Source: Macrostomum lignano (Eukaryota). From it: 61,135 nt of DNA. Under the pieces are notes generated by a model. The model saw only the letters and a program-made list of their open reading frames with translations. It ran no database searches and was not told where the DNA came from. The stretch spans positions 1 to 61,135 of the forward strand of contig NIVC01004086.1 in the NCBI GenBank assembly GCA_002269645.1, written 5' to 3'. Positions 30,497 through 41,521 of the stretch are shown here, one piece after another (position 1 is the first letter of the stretch; each line of letters opens with the position of its first letter). The position numbers and the translations under genes were made by a program.

Positions 30497-31678
30497 CTAG
30501 GCGGTGGAATGCCAATACAGAAAGCTTCTGTTCTTTTCCGACAGCAGCTCAGATCTGGGTGTCAAAACGAAAAACGATCCGGGTCTGTCTAAATTAACTT
30601 CTCTGTCTTCGATCTGCAGCGCGGCTCCCTTGTTACCGCGCGTGCCGTGGTACCCTGGCGCACTGCACAGGGTGATGCAGAGACGGTCGTGCCGCAGAGC
30701 GAAGCCTTCGTTAGCGATCTCACGTCCACGGACCAGCAGAGCGGCATTCACAGATCTCAGTGAGGAGCACAGAGCCTCCTTAGAGAAGTGATAGGAGCAG
30801 CTGCGTCCGCGCGTCACCCAGTTGAGCTTCAGCCGCTCTCCCTCCGGCACGGAGACCTCGAAGTTGTCCCGAGCTGGCGACTTCATCGGGTCCGAGCACA
30901 GCAGGTCGCACGCCAGGCCGAACTGTTGCAGCTCGAACGGCCGCTCGATCTTATTGTTCAGCAAGTCGGCGTTGGTCTCCGGCTGACCGGACGCGAACGG
31001 CTCCAGCTCGAAGCTCGGCGACACTCCGCCGTGGCAGCACAGCAGCTTCCCGCCTACGATGGCGGCCAGCGGTAGCCACTGGAAGCAGCGGAGGAAGCCG
31101 ACAAGCACCGAGGTGCCGCTGTTGGCACCGAAGCGGCCAATCAACTCGTCCTTGAAGCCGTAGTGACTGCATTTGCTGGCGCACTCGGAGCTGCCGCGGA
31201 GCAGCACGACCGAGTCTGGGTACATCAGCATCAGGCTCAGCAGCAGAACAATCACCTCCAGAGAGAACTTGCCCTTGTTCACGTAGTCGCCCAGAAACAG
31301 GAACTTGGCCTGAGGCGGCTGGCCCAGCTGGTCAAAGAAGCGCAGCAGGTCGTGGAACTGGCCATGAAGGTCGCCGACAATGTTGATGGGCGAGTCCGTT
31401 TGTACACAGACGCTGGTGCTGCTGCTCAGGTACTTGATCGCCATGTGGCACACGATGAGGCAGTCCTGTGCGGTCAGCTCTGGGTGCACCGAGTAGTCAT
31501 AGTTGGGCGCCTGGAAGCTGAGCAGCCGCTTCACCAGCTCCGCTAAGTCAGCATGGTCCATGACAACAGCAGAGGCGTTGCTTCTATTTTCTAGCATTGG
31601 TGCCTGAGTGGCGGAACTCTCGGCGCTCTGCATTTTGGCGCAACCAGGCGTGCAAGCCTGTGCGTCTGCCGCTGCCAT
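30497..31678 (-). CDS. PP1-like PPP-family phosphatase homolog, copy 1 (393 aa), predicted catalytically impaired
   Basis: Intronless. PINIVGDLHGQFHDLLRFF, KFLFLGDYVNKGKFSLEVIVLLL, LLRGSSEC, FQWLPLAAIVGGKLLCCHGGVSP, GLACDLLCSDP, LCSAPGY. Confidence 0.9.
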   Translation of the reverse strand: MAAADAQACTPGCAKMQSAESSATQAPMLENRSNASAVVMDHADLAELVKRLLSFQAPNYDYSVHPELTAQDCLIVCHMAIKYLSSSTSVCVQTDSPINIVGDLHGQFHDLLRFFDQLGQPPQAKFLFLGDYVNKGKFSLEVIVLLLSLMLMYPDSVVLLRGSSECASKCSHYGFKDELIGRFGANSGTSVLVGFLRCFQWLPLAAIVGGKLLCCHGGVSPSFELEPFASGQPETNADLLNNKIERPFELQQFGLACDLLCSDPMKSPARDNFEVSVPEGERLKLNWVTRGRSCSYHFSKEALCSSLRSVNAALLVRGREIANEGFALRHDRLCITLCSAPGYHGTRGNKGAALQIEDREVNLDRPGSFFVLTPRSELLSEKNRSFLYWHSTA

Positions 31679-32266
31679 CTTAGTGATAATTGGACTGACT
31701 TCTGATATTCAGCTAATAGCTGGTTCTGAATGAGTTCAACGAAAACCAATGGCCACTGGTGCCAATGTCTATGGCCAATCCTTCGTCAGTTGCAAGCAAG
31801 TGCACAAATCGTTTATTTGCACCAGTGCGAGTGAAGGTTCCGTGATCTGGAGCGTCAATCTGGCATATAACTATTTACGGAGTAACTTTTAGACCCCTTT
31901 TGGCCCCGCCGAATAAGTCTATGGTCCAATATAAAAGACGTTTCTTTGTCCCGGCCAAATAAACGATCCAAATAAATAAGTCAAACGAATGAGCCACAAG
32001 AAAGTACTCAAAGAAATACCAAGGACCACTGTGGTACCACTACTACTACAGTGGTCCTTGAGAAATACATAGAAGCAACAGATTATAATGTTTTAGAAAA
32101 GCGAGCAGTTGTTAACCAGTTTTTTGGCTTGACAGTTAAAAGTGAGTCAATGGGTCGTAACAGATCAACTCAATCAAAGTAGACAATCACCACGCACAAC
32201 TCCACATTGACCCCCCCCCAAATCACAGAACTCACCAGTTGTCGTGGACATCACTACCAATCGCAA

Positions 32267-32599
32267 TCACATCTTCCGAGCAGAGTTTCTCTTCGGACGT
32301 CGGCTCTCATTGAATTCCCCGGTCCTTCCAGAGGCTCCATGGGTTTCCGCAGTGTTTGAACAAGTGTTGTTCAGTTTCAGTATTGCAGCATGCTGAAAAT
32401 ATTCCTTCAATGTAGAAGCGCCATAGCAATCACCACGTTAATTTCGGATCTCTAAGATAAAGCACTTAAGAACGTAGTTGAGATCGCGCTTGCTCAAACT
32501 CGGATAGTCGGTTGCGGGTGCCAATGGCAAGTCACTTTAGACAGCTTCGACTTCAGCAAGACTAAGTAATTCAAAGCTGACGCTATCGACATCACTCAT
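32267..32599 (-). pseudogene. Decayed ZMYM/QRICH1/Crypton-related (DUF3504-adjacent) fragment
   Basis: Translates MSDVDSVSFELLSLAEVEAV*SDLPLAPATDYPSLSKRDLNYVLKCFILEIRN*RGDCYGASTLKEYF.... The LNY-L--F--EIR---G--Y pattern resembles ZMYM-type/Crypton-derived proteins (recalled, not searched). Two in-frame stops. Confidence 0.5.
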
Positions 32600-33389
32600 G
32601 CAGCAAATTAGTCGAAAATGTCACAGAGAAGGTTTAGTAGAGATAGAGACAACTACTCATTCTTAACTACCCAACACAGTCGTTTTTGTGAACGGCATCA
32701 AATCAAAATTTCTCTATGGTTAAATGTACAGTGTTAATATGGCCAAACGGGGTATAAATATATTATTTCCGTTTATTTTTGTCTTTGGTCTGAAGCATAA
32801 GCTTCGGACTCGCATCCAGGCCTCGGTTTCGCCTCGGCCAAGAGACGATTCCTCTGCTTTTGCTTCAGACCAAAAAAATAAATAAGTATAAACGGAAAAA
32901 ACTTTCATTTACCACACTCTATGCATGTGCTCGAGTTTTCTTGATTGCCATTATCATTTTGATGTGTTGTTCGATCAACAGCACTAGGAAAGTACCATTA
33001 AATAAGAACTTATTCTCTGTACTCAGAAAATCTAAAGTAGAGACCAACCGACCCCCAACAACTAGAATTGCATTGTCAGCTTTTCAGACTATTCTGTAAA
33101 CCCATTTTCTCCGATGAGGCTTGGTCCGCAGTTTAACATTCGCTATATAGTCTGTAAAAGGTCGAAAGCCCTAGCTGAACAACGTCAACACATTACATCT
33201 AAACGACATGATTACATAAAATATGCCGACGGCAGCTAAAAGACCAAAGTTAAAATTAACCAACTTACATGTTTTTTGCAATGCTGCTCGATCCCTAAGG
33301 CTTCTTGTGCTGTACTGGCATCAATCATGCCATAAAGTCACCAGGCTGATGTACAAACAGAAAAAAAAGATGTACAAGTAAGTGCCGAA

Positions 33390-33625
33390 GGTTGCATGAA
33401 GGAAGGCTGCATGAAGGAAGGCTGCATGAAGGAAGGCTGCATGAAGGAAGGCTGCATGAAGGAATTGGTTGCATGAAGGAAGGCTGCATGAAGGAAGGCT
33501 GCATGAAGGAAGGCTGCATGAAGGAAGGCTGCATGAAGGAAGGCTGCATGAAGGAAGGCTGCATGAAGGAAGGCTGCATGAAGGAAGGCTGCATGAAGGA
33601 AGGCTGCATGAAGGAAGGCTGCATG
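33390..33625. repeat. 15-bp minisatellite (gcatgaaggaaggct), ~15 copies, unit 1 spacer
   Basis: Visible tandem array, duplicated at 37289-37524. Confidence 0.95.
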
Positions 33626-34380
33626 CCAAATATAAGTCACCGAAGGCTGCTGCATACCGAAAACTACCTGCCCAAGGTTTCTGGTTGAGAAGCATGCTCG
33701 TACCCTATGGCAAAAAACTTGGCCATATGTACATTCATCTTCACCTGCATGAACGCGAATACACGAAGGCGAACGCGAACGCGAAGACAAGCCGCTAGCT
33801 ATTGAATCCACTCAGACCCCAGTACCAATCGTGTCCTTGATTTGAAGGAGAGCTCCGACTACTTGGTGGTGTCGCCAACTAAGCTTAAGAGAATTTCTCG
33901 AATTAAGATACATGTAGAGGATCACGCTTTCACACCAGAAATGAATTAGCTTGATTCGGAACACTATCTATGATGACCGGTTTGCCTAGTCGGCTTGTAC
34001 GGCGTGGGCTAACCGGCGTTTGCGATTGGCTAGGAGGGGTTGTTTGGCTCCACCCGTGGGGGTGGGTTTGCGGCGCTGGGGTGGGTGGTGTGTTTTGTGC
34101 CTTTTAGGCCTCACTTTGAGCTGAGATCGCTCGTTCTCGCGGCGTTGAATCGAACAACTCAAAAGACTAAGGTTACCAAGTTTTTTCAACCAGCTGAAAA
34201 GTTTTTCGACAACAATGACCAAGTCCATGCATTGAAAACAGAATCCTTAGTCTTTTTTTGGACCGTGTGATTGAGTTGCGTAAATCTTTAATCTCTTCCA
34301 GTAACTTAAAATGTAATGCGAATTCAAAATAATTTCTTTTTCAATACAAACAGAAATAAATGCAATAACGGAGTGTCGCT

Positions 34381-35574
34381 TCATTTCTTTTCACCGGCAA
34401 TCTCGCCAGCACTCTGCCAGAGATGCTGCAGGTGCTTCGCCGCAGCTTTGACTGGGCACAGAACGAAGAACGCGCCCGGCTTCCTCGTGTTGATGTTGCT
34501 GCTGTCAATCTGCAGCACGGAGGCGTTGTTCTTTTTCTGGCCCAGGTAGTCGGTGGAGCTGATTAGGGCGACGCAGCGGCGGTCCAAAAGCACGTTGAAG
34601 CCATCAGGGCCGTGACACTTGCCCCGAATCAGTAGAGACAAGTTTAGAATCCTTAGCACTTCCGACAGAGCCTCCTTAGAGAAGTGATAGGAGCAGCTGC
34701 GTCCGCGCGTCACCCAGTTGAGCTTCAGCCGCTCTCCCTCCGGCACGGAGACCTCGAAGTTGTCCCGAGCTGGCGACTTCATCGGGTCCGAGCACAGCAG
34801 GTCGCACGCCAGGCCGAACTGTTGCAGCTCGAACGGCCGCTCGATCTTATTGTTCAGCAAGTCGGCGTTGGTCTCCGGCTGACCGGACGCGAACGGCTCC
34901 AGCTCGAAGCTCGGCGACACTCCGCCGTGGCAGCACAGCAGCTTCCCGCCTACGATGGCGGCCAGCGGTAGCCACTGGAAGCAGCGGAGGAAGCCGACAA
35001 GCACCGAGGTGCCGCTGTTGGCACCGAAGCGGCCAATCAACTCGTCCTTGAAGCCGTAGTGACTGCATTTGCTGGCGCACTCGGAGCTGCCGCGGAGCAG
35101 CACGACCGAGTCTGGGTACATCAGCATCAGGCTCAGCAGCAGAACAATCACCTCCAGAGAGAACTTGCCCTTGTTCACGTAGTCGCCCAGAAACAGGAAC
35201 TTGGCCTGAGGCGGCTGGCCCAGCTGGTCAAAGAAGCGCAGCAGGTCGTGGAACTGGCCATGAAGGTCGCCGACAATGTTGATGGGCGAGTCCGTTTGTA
35301 CACAGACGCTGGTGCTGCTGCTCAGGTACTTGATCGCCATGTGGCACACGATGAGGCAGTCCTGTGCGGTCAGCTCTGGGTGCACCGAGTAGTCATCGTT
35401 TGGCGCCTGGAAGCTGAGCAGCCGCTTCACCAGCTCCGCTAAGTCAGCATGGTCCATGACAACAGCAGAGGCGTTGCTTCTATTTTCTAGCATTGGTGCC
35501 TGAGTGGCGGAACTCTCGGCGCTCTGCATTTTGGCGCAACCAGGCGTGCAAGCCTGTGCGTCTGCCGCTGCCAT
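34381..35574 (-). CDS. PP1-like PPP homolog, copy 2 (397 aa): chimera with the copy-1 N-terminus and copy-3 C-terminus
   Basis: Same degenerate PPP motifs. N-terminus identical to copy 1 and C-terminus (SEVLRILNL...AGEKK) identical to copy 3. Confidence 0.9.
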   Translation of the reverse strand: MAAADAQACTPGCAKMQSAESSATQAPMLENRSNASAVVMDHADLAELVKRLLSFQAPNDDYSVHPELTAQDCLIVCHMAIKYLSSSTSVCVQTDSPINIVGDLHGQFHDLLRFFDQLGQPPQAKFLFLGDYVNKGKFSLEVIVLLLSLMLMYPDSVVLLRGSSECASKCSHYGFKDELIGRFGANSGTSVLVGFLRCFQWLPLAAIVGGKLLCCHGGVSPSFELEPFASGQPETNADLLNNKIERPFELQQFGLACDLLCSDPMKSPARDNFEVSVPEGERLKLNWVTRGRSCSYHFSKEALSEVLRILNLSLLIRGKCHGPDGFNVLLDRRCVALISSTDYLGQKKNNASVLQIDSSNINTRKPGAFFVLCPVKAAAKHLQHLWQSAGEIAGEKK

Positions 35575-36165
35575 CTTAGTGATAATTGGACTGACTTCTG
35601 ATATTCAGCTAATAGCTGGTTCTGAATGAGTTCAACGAAAACCAATGGCCACTGGTGCCAATGTCTATGGCCAATCCTTCGTCAGTTGCAAGCAAGTGCA
35701 CAAATCGTTTATTTGCACCAGTGCGAGTGAAGGTTCCGTGATCTGGAGCGTCAATCTGGCATATAACTATTTACGGAGTAACTTTTAGACCCCTTTTGGC
35801 CCCGCCGAATAAGTCTATGGTCCAATATAAAAGACGTTTCTTTGTCCCGGCCAAATAAACGATCCAAATAAATAAGTCAAACGAATGAGCCACAAGAAAG
35901 TACTCAAAGAAATACCAAGGACCACTGTGGTACCACTACTACTACAGTGGTCCTTGAGAAATACATAGAAGCAACAGATTATAATGTTTTAGAAAAGCGA
36001 GCAGTTGTTAACCAGTTTTTTGGCTTGACAGTTAAAAGTGAGTCAATGGGTCGTAACAGATCAACTCAATCAAAGTAGACAATCACCACGCACAACTCCA
36101 CATTGACCCCCCCCCCCCAAATCACAGAACTCACCAGTTGTCGTGGACATCACTACCAATCGCAA

Positions 36166-36498
36166 TCACATCTTCCGAGCAGAGTTTCTCTTCGGACGTC
36201 GGCTCTCATTGAATTCCCCGGTCCTTCCAGAGGCTCCATGGGTTTCCGCAGTGTTTGAACAAGTGTTGTTCAGTTTCAGTATTGCAGCATGCTGAAAATA
36301 TTCCTTCAATGTAGAAGCGCCATAGCAATCACCACGTTAATTTCGGATCTCTAAGATAAAGCACTTAAGAACGTAGTTGAGATCGCGCTTGCTCAAACTC
36401 GGATAGTCGGTTGCGGGTGCCAATGGCAAGTCACTTTAGACAGCTTCGACTTCAGCAAGACTAAGTAATTCAAAGCTGACGCTATCGACATCACTCAT
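36166..36498 (-). pseudogene. Second copy of the ZMYM/Crypton-like fragment
   Basis: Duplicate of 32267-32599 inside the second 3.9-kb unit. Confidence 0.5.
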
Positions 36499-37288
36499 GC
36501 AGCAAATTAGTCGAAAATGTCACAGAGAAGGTTTAGTAGAGATAGAGACAACTACTCATTCTTAACTACCCAACACAGTCGTTTTTGTGAACGGCATCAA
36601 ATCAAAATTTCTCTATGGTTAAATGTACAGTGTTAATATGGCCAAACGGGGTATAAATATATTATTTCCGTTTATTTTTGTCTTTGGTCTGAAGCATAAG
36701 CTTCGGACTCGCATCCAGGCCTCGGTTTCGCCTCGGCCAAGAGACGATTCCTCTGCTTTTGCTTCAGACCAAAAAAATAAATAAGTATAAACGGAAAAAA
36801 CTTTCATTTACCACACTCTATGCATGTGCTCGAGTTTTCTTGATTGCCATTATCATTTTGATGTGTTGTTCGATCAACAGCACTAGGAAAGTACCATTAA
36901 ATAAGAACTTATTCTCTGTACTCAGAAAATCTAAAGTAGAGACCAACCGACCCCCAACAACTAGAATTGCATTGTCAGCTTTTCAGACTATTCTGTAAAC
37001 CCATTTTCTCCGATGAGGCTTGGTCCGCAGTTTAACATTCGCTATATAGTCTGTAAAAGGTCGAAAGCCCTAGCTGAACAACGTCAACACATTACATCTA
37101 AACGACATGATTACATAAAATATGCCGACGGCAGCTAAAAGACCAAAGTTAAAATTAACCAACTTACATGTTTTTTGCAATGCTGCTCGATCCCTAAGGC
37201 TTCTTGTGCTGTACTGGCATCAATCATGCCATAAAGTCACCAGGCTGATGTACAAACAGAAAAAAAAGATGTACAAGTAAGTGCCGAA

Positions 37289-37524
37289 GGTTGCATGAAG
37301 GAAGGCTGCATGAAGGAAGGCTGCATGAAGGAAGGCTGCATGAAGGAAGGCTGCATGAAGGAATTGGTTGCATGAAGGAAGGCTGCATGAAGGAAGGCTG
37401 CATGAAGGAAGGCTGCATGAAGGAAGGCTGCATGAAGGAAGGCTGCATGAAGGAAGGCTGCATGAAGGAAGGCTGCATGAAGGAAGGCTGCATGAAGGAA
37501 GGCTGCATGAAGGAAGGCTGCATG
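37289..37524. repeat. 15-bp minisatellite, unit 2 spacer
   Basis: Duplicate of 33390-33625, including the same internal gaattggttg variant. Confidence 0.95.
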
Positions 37525-38278
37525 CCAAATATAAGTCACCGAAGGCTGCTGCATACCGAAAACTACCTGCCCAAGGTTTCTGGTTGAGAAGCATGCTCGT
37601 ACCCTATGGCAAAAAACTTGGCCATATGTACATTCATCTTCACCTGCATGAACGCGAATACACGAAGGCGAACGCGAACGCGAAGACAAGCCGCTAGCTA
37701 TTGAATCCACTCAGACCCAGTACCAATCGTGTCCTTGATTTGAAGGAGAGCTCCGACTACTTGGTGGTGTCGCCAACTAAGCTTAAGAGAATTTCTCGAA
37801 TTAAGATACATGTAGAGGATCACGCTTTCACACCAGAAATGAATTAGCTTGATTCGGAACACTATCTATGATGACCGGTTTGCCTAGTCGGCTTGTACGG
37901 CGTGGGCTAACCGGCGTTTGCGATTGGCTAGGAGGGGTTGTTTGGCTCCACCCGTGGGGGTGGGTTTGCGGCGCTGGGGTGGGTGGTGTGTTTTGTGCCT
38001 TTTAGGCCTCACTTTGAGCTGAGATCGCTCGTTCTCGCGGCGTTGAATCGAACAACTCAAAAGACTAAGGTTACCAAGTTTTTTCAACCAGCTGAAAAGT
38101 TTTTCGACAACAATGACCAAGTCCATGCATTGAAAACAGAATCCTTAGTCTTTTTTTGGACCGTGTGATTGAGTTGCGTAAATCTTTAATCTCTTCCAGT
38201 AACTTAAAATGTAATGCGAATTCAAAATAATTTCTTTTTCAATACAAACAGAAATAAATGCAATAACGGAGTGTCGCT

Positions 38279-39454
38279 TCATTTCTTTTCACCGGCAATC
38301 TCGCCAGCACTCTGCCAGAGATGCTGCAGGTGCTTCGCCGCAGCTTTGACTGGGCACAGAACGAAGAACGCGCCCGGCTTCCTCGTGTTGATGTTGCTGC
38401 TGTCAATCTGCAGCACGGAGGCGTTGTTCTTTTTCTGGCCCAGGTAGTCGGTGGAGCTGATTAGGGCGACGCAGCGGCGGTCCAAAAGCACGTTGAAGCC
38501 ATCAGGGCCGTGACACTTGCCCCGAATCAGTAGAGACAAGTTTAGAATCCTTAGCACTTCCGACAGAGCCTCCTTAGAGAAGTGATAGGAGCAGCTGCGT
38601 CCGCGCGTCACCCAGTTGAGCTTCAGCCGCTCTCCCTCCGGCACGGAGACCTCGAAGTTGTCCCGAGCTGGCGACTTCATCGGGTCCGAGCACAGCAGGT
38701 CGCACGCCAGGCCGAACTGTTGCAGCTCGAACGGCCGCTCGATCTTGTTCAGCAAGTCGGCGTTGGTCTCCGGCTGACCGGACGCGAACGGCTCCAGCTC
38801 GAAGCTCGGCGACACTCCGCCGTGGCAGCACAGCAGCTTCCCGCCTACGATGGCGGCCAGCGGTAGCCACTGGAAGCAGCGGAGGAAGCCGACAAACACC
38901 GAGGTGCCGCTGTTGGCACCGAAGCGGCCAATCAACTCGTCCTTGAAGCCGTAGTGACTGCATTTGCTGGCGCACTCGGAGCTGCCGCGGAGCAGCACGA
39001 CCGAGTCTGGGTACATCAGCATCAGGCTCAGCAGCAGAACAATCACCTCCAGAGAGAACTTGCCCTTGTTCACGTAGTCGCCCAGAAACAGGAACTTGGC
39101 CTGAGGCGGCTGGCCCAGCTGGTCAAAGAAGCGCAGCAGGTCGTGGAACTGGCCATGAAGGTCGCCGACAATGTTGATGGGCGAGTCCGTTTGTACACAG
39201 ACGCTGGTGCTGCTGCTCAGGTACTTGATCGCCATGTGGCACACGATGAGGCAGTCCTGTGCGGTCAGCTCTGGGTGCACCGAGTAGTCATCGTTTGGCG
39301 CCTGGAAGCTGAGCAGCCGCTTCACCAACTCCGCTAAGTCAATGGTGCAATCAGGAGGAACGTCGACACCGAGCGACACTGTGCTGCTTTTCCTCGGCAT
39401 CGGTTCTTCGGATTTACCAGAGGCGTCGTTCTCGGAACACTTGTCGGAGTCCAT
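38279..39454 (-). CDS. PP1-like PPP homolog, copy 3 (391 aa from the first ATG, MDSDKCSEND...)
   Basis: Same core with a distinct N-terminus. The first ATG is at 39454 (the ORF track start at 39589 is TTG). Core differs from copies 1/2 by L>F and a 3-bp deletion (LLNKIE). Confidence 0.9.
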   Translation of the reverse strand: MDSDKCSENDASGKSEEPMPRKSSTVSLGVDVPPDCTIDLAELVKRLLSFQAPNDDYSVHPELTAQDCLIVCHMAIKYLSSSTSVCVQTDSPINIVGDLHGQFHDLLRFFDQLGQPPQAKFLFLGDYVNKGKFSLEVIVLLLSLMLMYPDSVVLLRGSSECASKCSHYGFKDELIGRFGANSGTSVFVGFLRCFQWLPLAAIVGGKLLCCHGGVSPSFELEPFASGQPETNADLLNKIERPFELQQFGLACDLLCSDPMKSPARDNFEVSVPEGERLKLNWVTRGRSCSYHFSKEALSEVLRILNLSLLIRGKCHGPDGFNVLLDRRCVALISSTDYLGQKKNNASVLQIDSSNINTRKPGAFFVLCPVKAAAKHLQHLWQSAGEIAGEKK

Positions 39455-39837
39455 TCGCGATGGCTTGTCAATGTTGGTTATATAGCAATGCTGTTGACGT
39501 ATCTGGCTAAGTGACGTTTGCTCAGTTGCAATAGTAGGTTCTGTATTTGCTGTCACCTTATCAATGCTTTTTTGGCAGTTGATCCACAAATAAAAGTTTT
39601 CTGTCTATGGCTAGTGGATAATACGCTCGCTCGTAGTTATATAGATTGAATCAGACCATATACGATTGAGAAATCTTTCGACTTGATACCAGGGTATGTA
39701 TAGGATGTTGATCAAGCTCTCGGGGTTTTGGAGGATGTTCATTTGACTCTAAGTGTTCGCAAATATATATAGTGCGTCAAATAGCGTACATGGAGCTTTA
39801 ACTTGAACTGCTTTTCACTCTGCTATTAGTCTCTGCA

Positions 39838-39913
39838 ATCAGTCTGCTTTCGCTCCGCTATCAGTCTCCTTTCGCTCCGCTATCAGTCTGCTTTCGCTCT
39901 GCTATCACTCTGC
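39838..39913. repeat. Short 22-bp tandem repeat (atcagtctgctttcgctccgct), ~3.5 copies
   Basis: Directly visible. Confidence 0.8.
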
Positions 39914-41521
39914 CATCCATCGAAACAAAAGTATAAGGCGCCTTGATTTTTTTAATTCAATGATTTTATTTCAGTCAAAGGTAGCAAAAAACACCAAAAC
40001 AGAACGAGAGAGAGTGGGGGGGGGGCAAAAAAGATGCAGGCCTACTCCGCATTTAAGAAAGCTAGTGATGGATTCATTTTCATGTTCATAAATCAGTACA
40101 CTCCTGTATCGAATAGAACAGAGCCAATAAACTTAATATTAAACTGCAATGAATTCAATCCATCAGAAGCCCTCAGTAGCGGCGGAGCCTGGCAGTCGCA
40201 AGGGGAAGTTTCGGGAGAAAACTGCAGACCCAGTCAAGTAAATGCGATCGGGCAGGTCTGGGGGCTTCAGGCTTCGATCATATTGGAACAGAGTCCTGTT
40301 GCCATGGAGAACTAAAGTACAAGGACGCTGCAACTAGAGAGTAACGCAAAATCGAGGCCGCACACACAGGGGCCCAAGATTACACAGTGTATATACATAT
40401 ATAGGGCTTGTAAAATAGCATATGCATAGGGTCTGGTAATGCACAATATAGAAGAAAATAAACAAACACAAATATATTAGTTGATCAGCGCACGGCCGCT
40501 GCATGTACAAGACGAATTGAATAATTATGGGAGATCAGCTGCTTCGGCGGAAACGCACCTGCATATAATAAACAAGATCCTTGCAGGCCACTCATTTGTT
40601 TACGGGACATGAGCGAAAAAATACAAATGACAGCAGAGGGGCATGAGCTTCACTTAATCATAGAGCATGAATTGCTTGCCTTACAAATTTTGCAATTTCA
40701 GCTTTTCAACTGCAAGCAATAATTGACTGTTTGCAGTTAAATTGACATTCAGAGCTGAAAAATGCGAAATGTTGTATGCATAAATATGTATCTAGGCGAA
40801 TATAAACGCACCTTATGTACATTGCATATTGTACAGTGTACCTGTACGGCTGCCTTTTTTAAAAACACACGGGGATGACGCTTAGAAAAGATTATTATAA
40901 TATTAATTATAGGTAAAATAATATTAATCATTTACTAGGAAACTTTACGGCTAGGGCCTCTTTCACCTGTAGACTTGCAAACAATAAAAATGAATTTAAA
41001 CAAAAAAATAGCAGACTGATCTGTAAATCGGACTGGGGCCTCGCAGCTGCATCTTTGGGATGGCAAAATTGGGAGTTCAAGCACCAAAATATCAAGCTTA
41101 TATATGGCAAAATAGCTACTATTTGTGCATATGTACACAGGTACAGAGCGCGCTGGCTAAATGTAATGCCAATTTGCTGTGGGTGGGGGCAACAGACAGG
41201 GAAAAAAAGGGGTTCGAAAAGTAATAAAGTGGCGGGGGATTCCCTGGCCAGACGATAGCAAGTAGTATGGACAGCATATGCGTGCGTGAAGCGGAAAATA
41301 TTGTCTACGAGCTAAAAAATAGAGCAAGATTGATTTTGCAGCACGGTCAATCGAAACATGATGGTGATGAAGTTCGTAGAAAAATAATAAATGAACAGCT
41401 GATGCGTTGCTTTAGTGCTCATTAGCAAGTTGGCAAACTTTGTCACTGCACTCGCTGCGAAACTGGAAGTTGAGAACTGGCAATCAGAATCAAATTATGG
41501 GATTTTGAGTTGTATTGCGAG

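Larger units (their letters stand above)
30769..38562. repeat. Tandem segmental duplication: two ~3.9-kb units (30769-34664, 34665-38562) plus a third copy of the 780-bp core (38563-39341)
   Basis: The units are nearly identical base for base, differing by a few SNPs and poly-C length. Offsets are 3896-3899 bp. Confidence 0.95.

Noticed and set aside
30788-39337. Antisense ORFs over the PPP, HIPK and RTK exons
   Set aside because: These are expected shadows of GC-rich codon usage and show no independent motifs.
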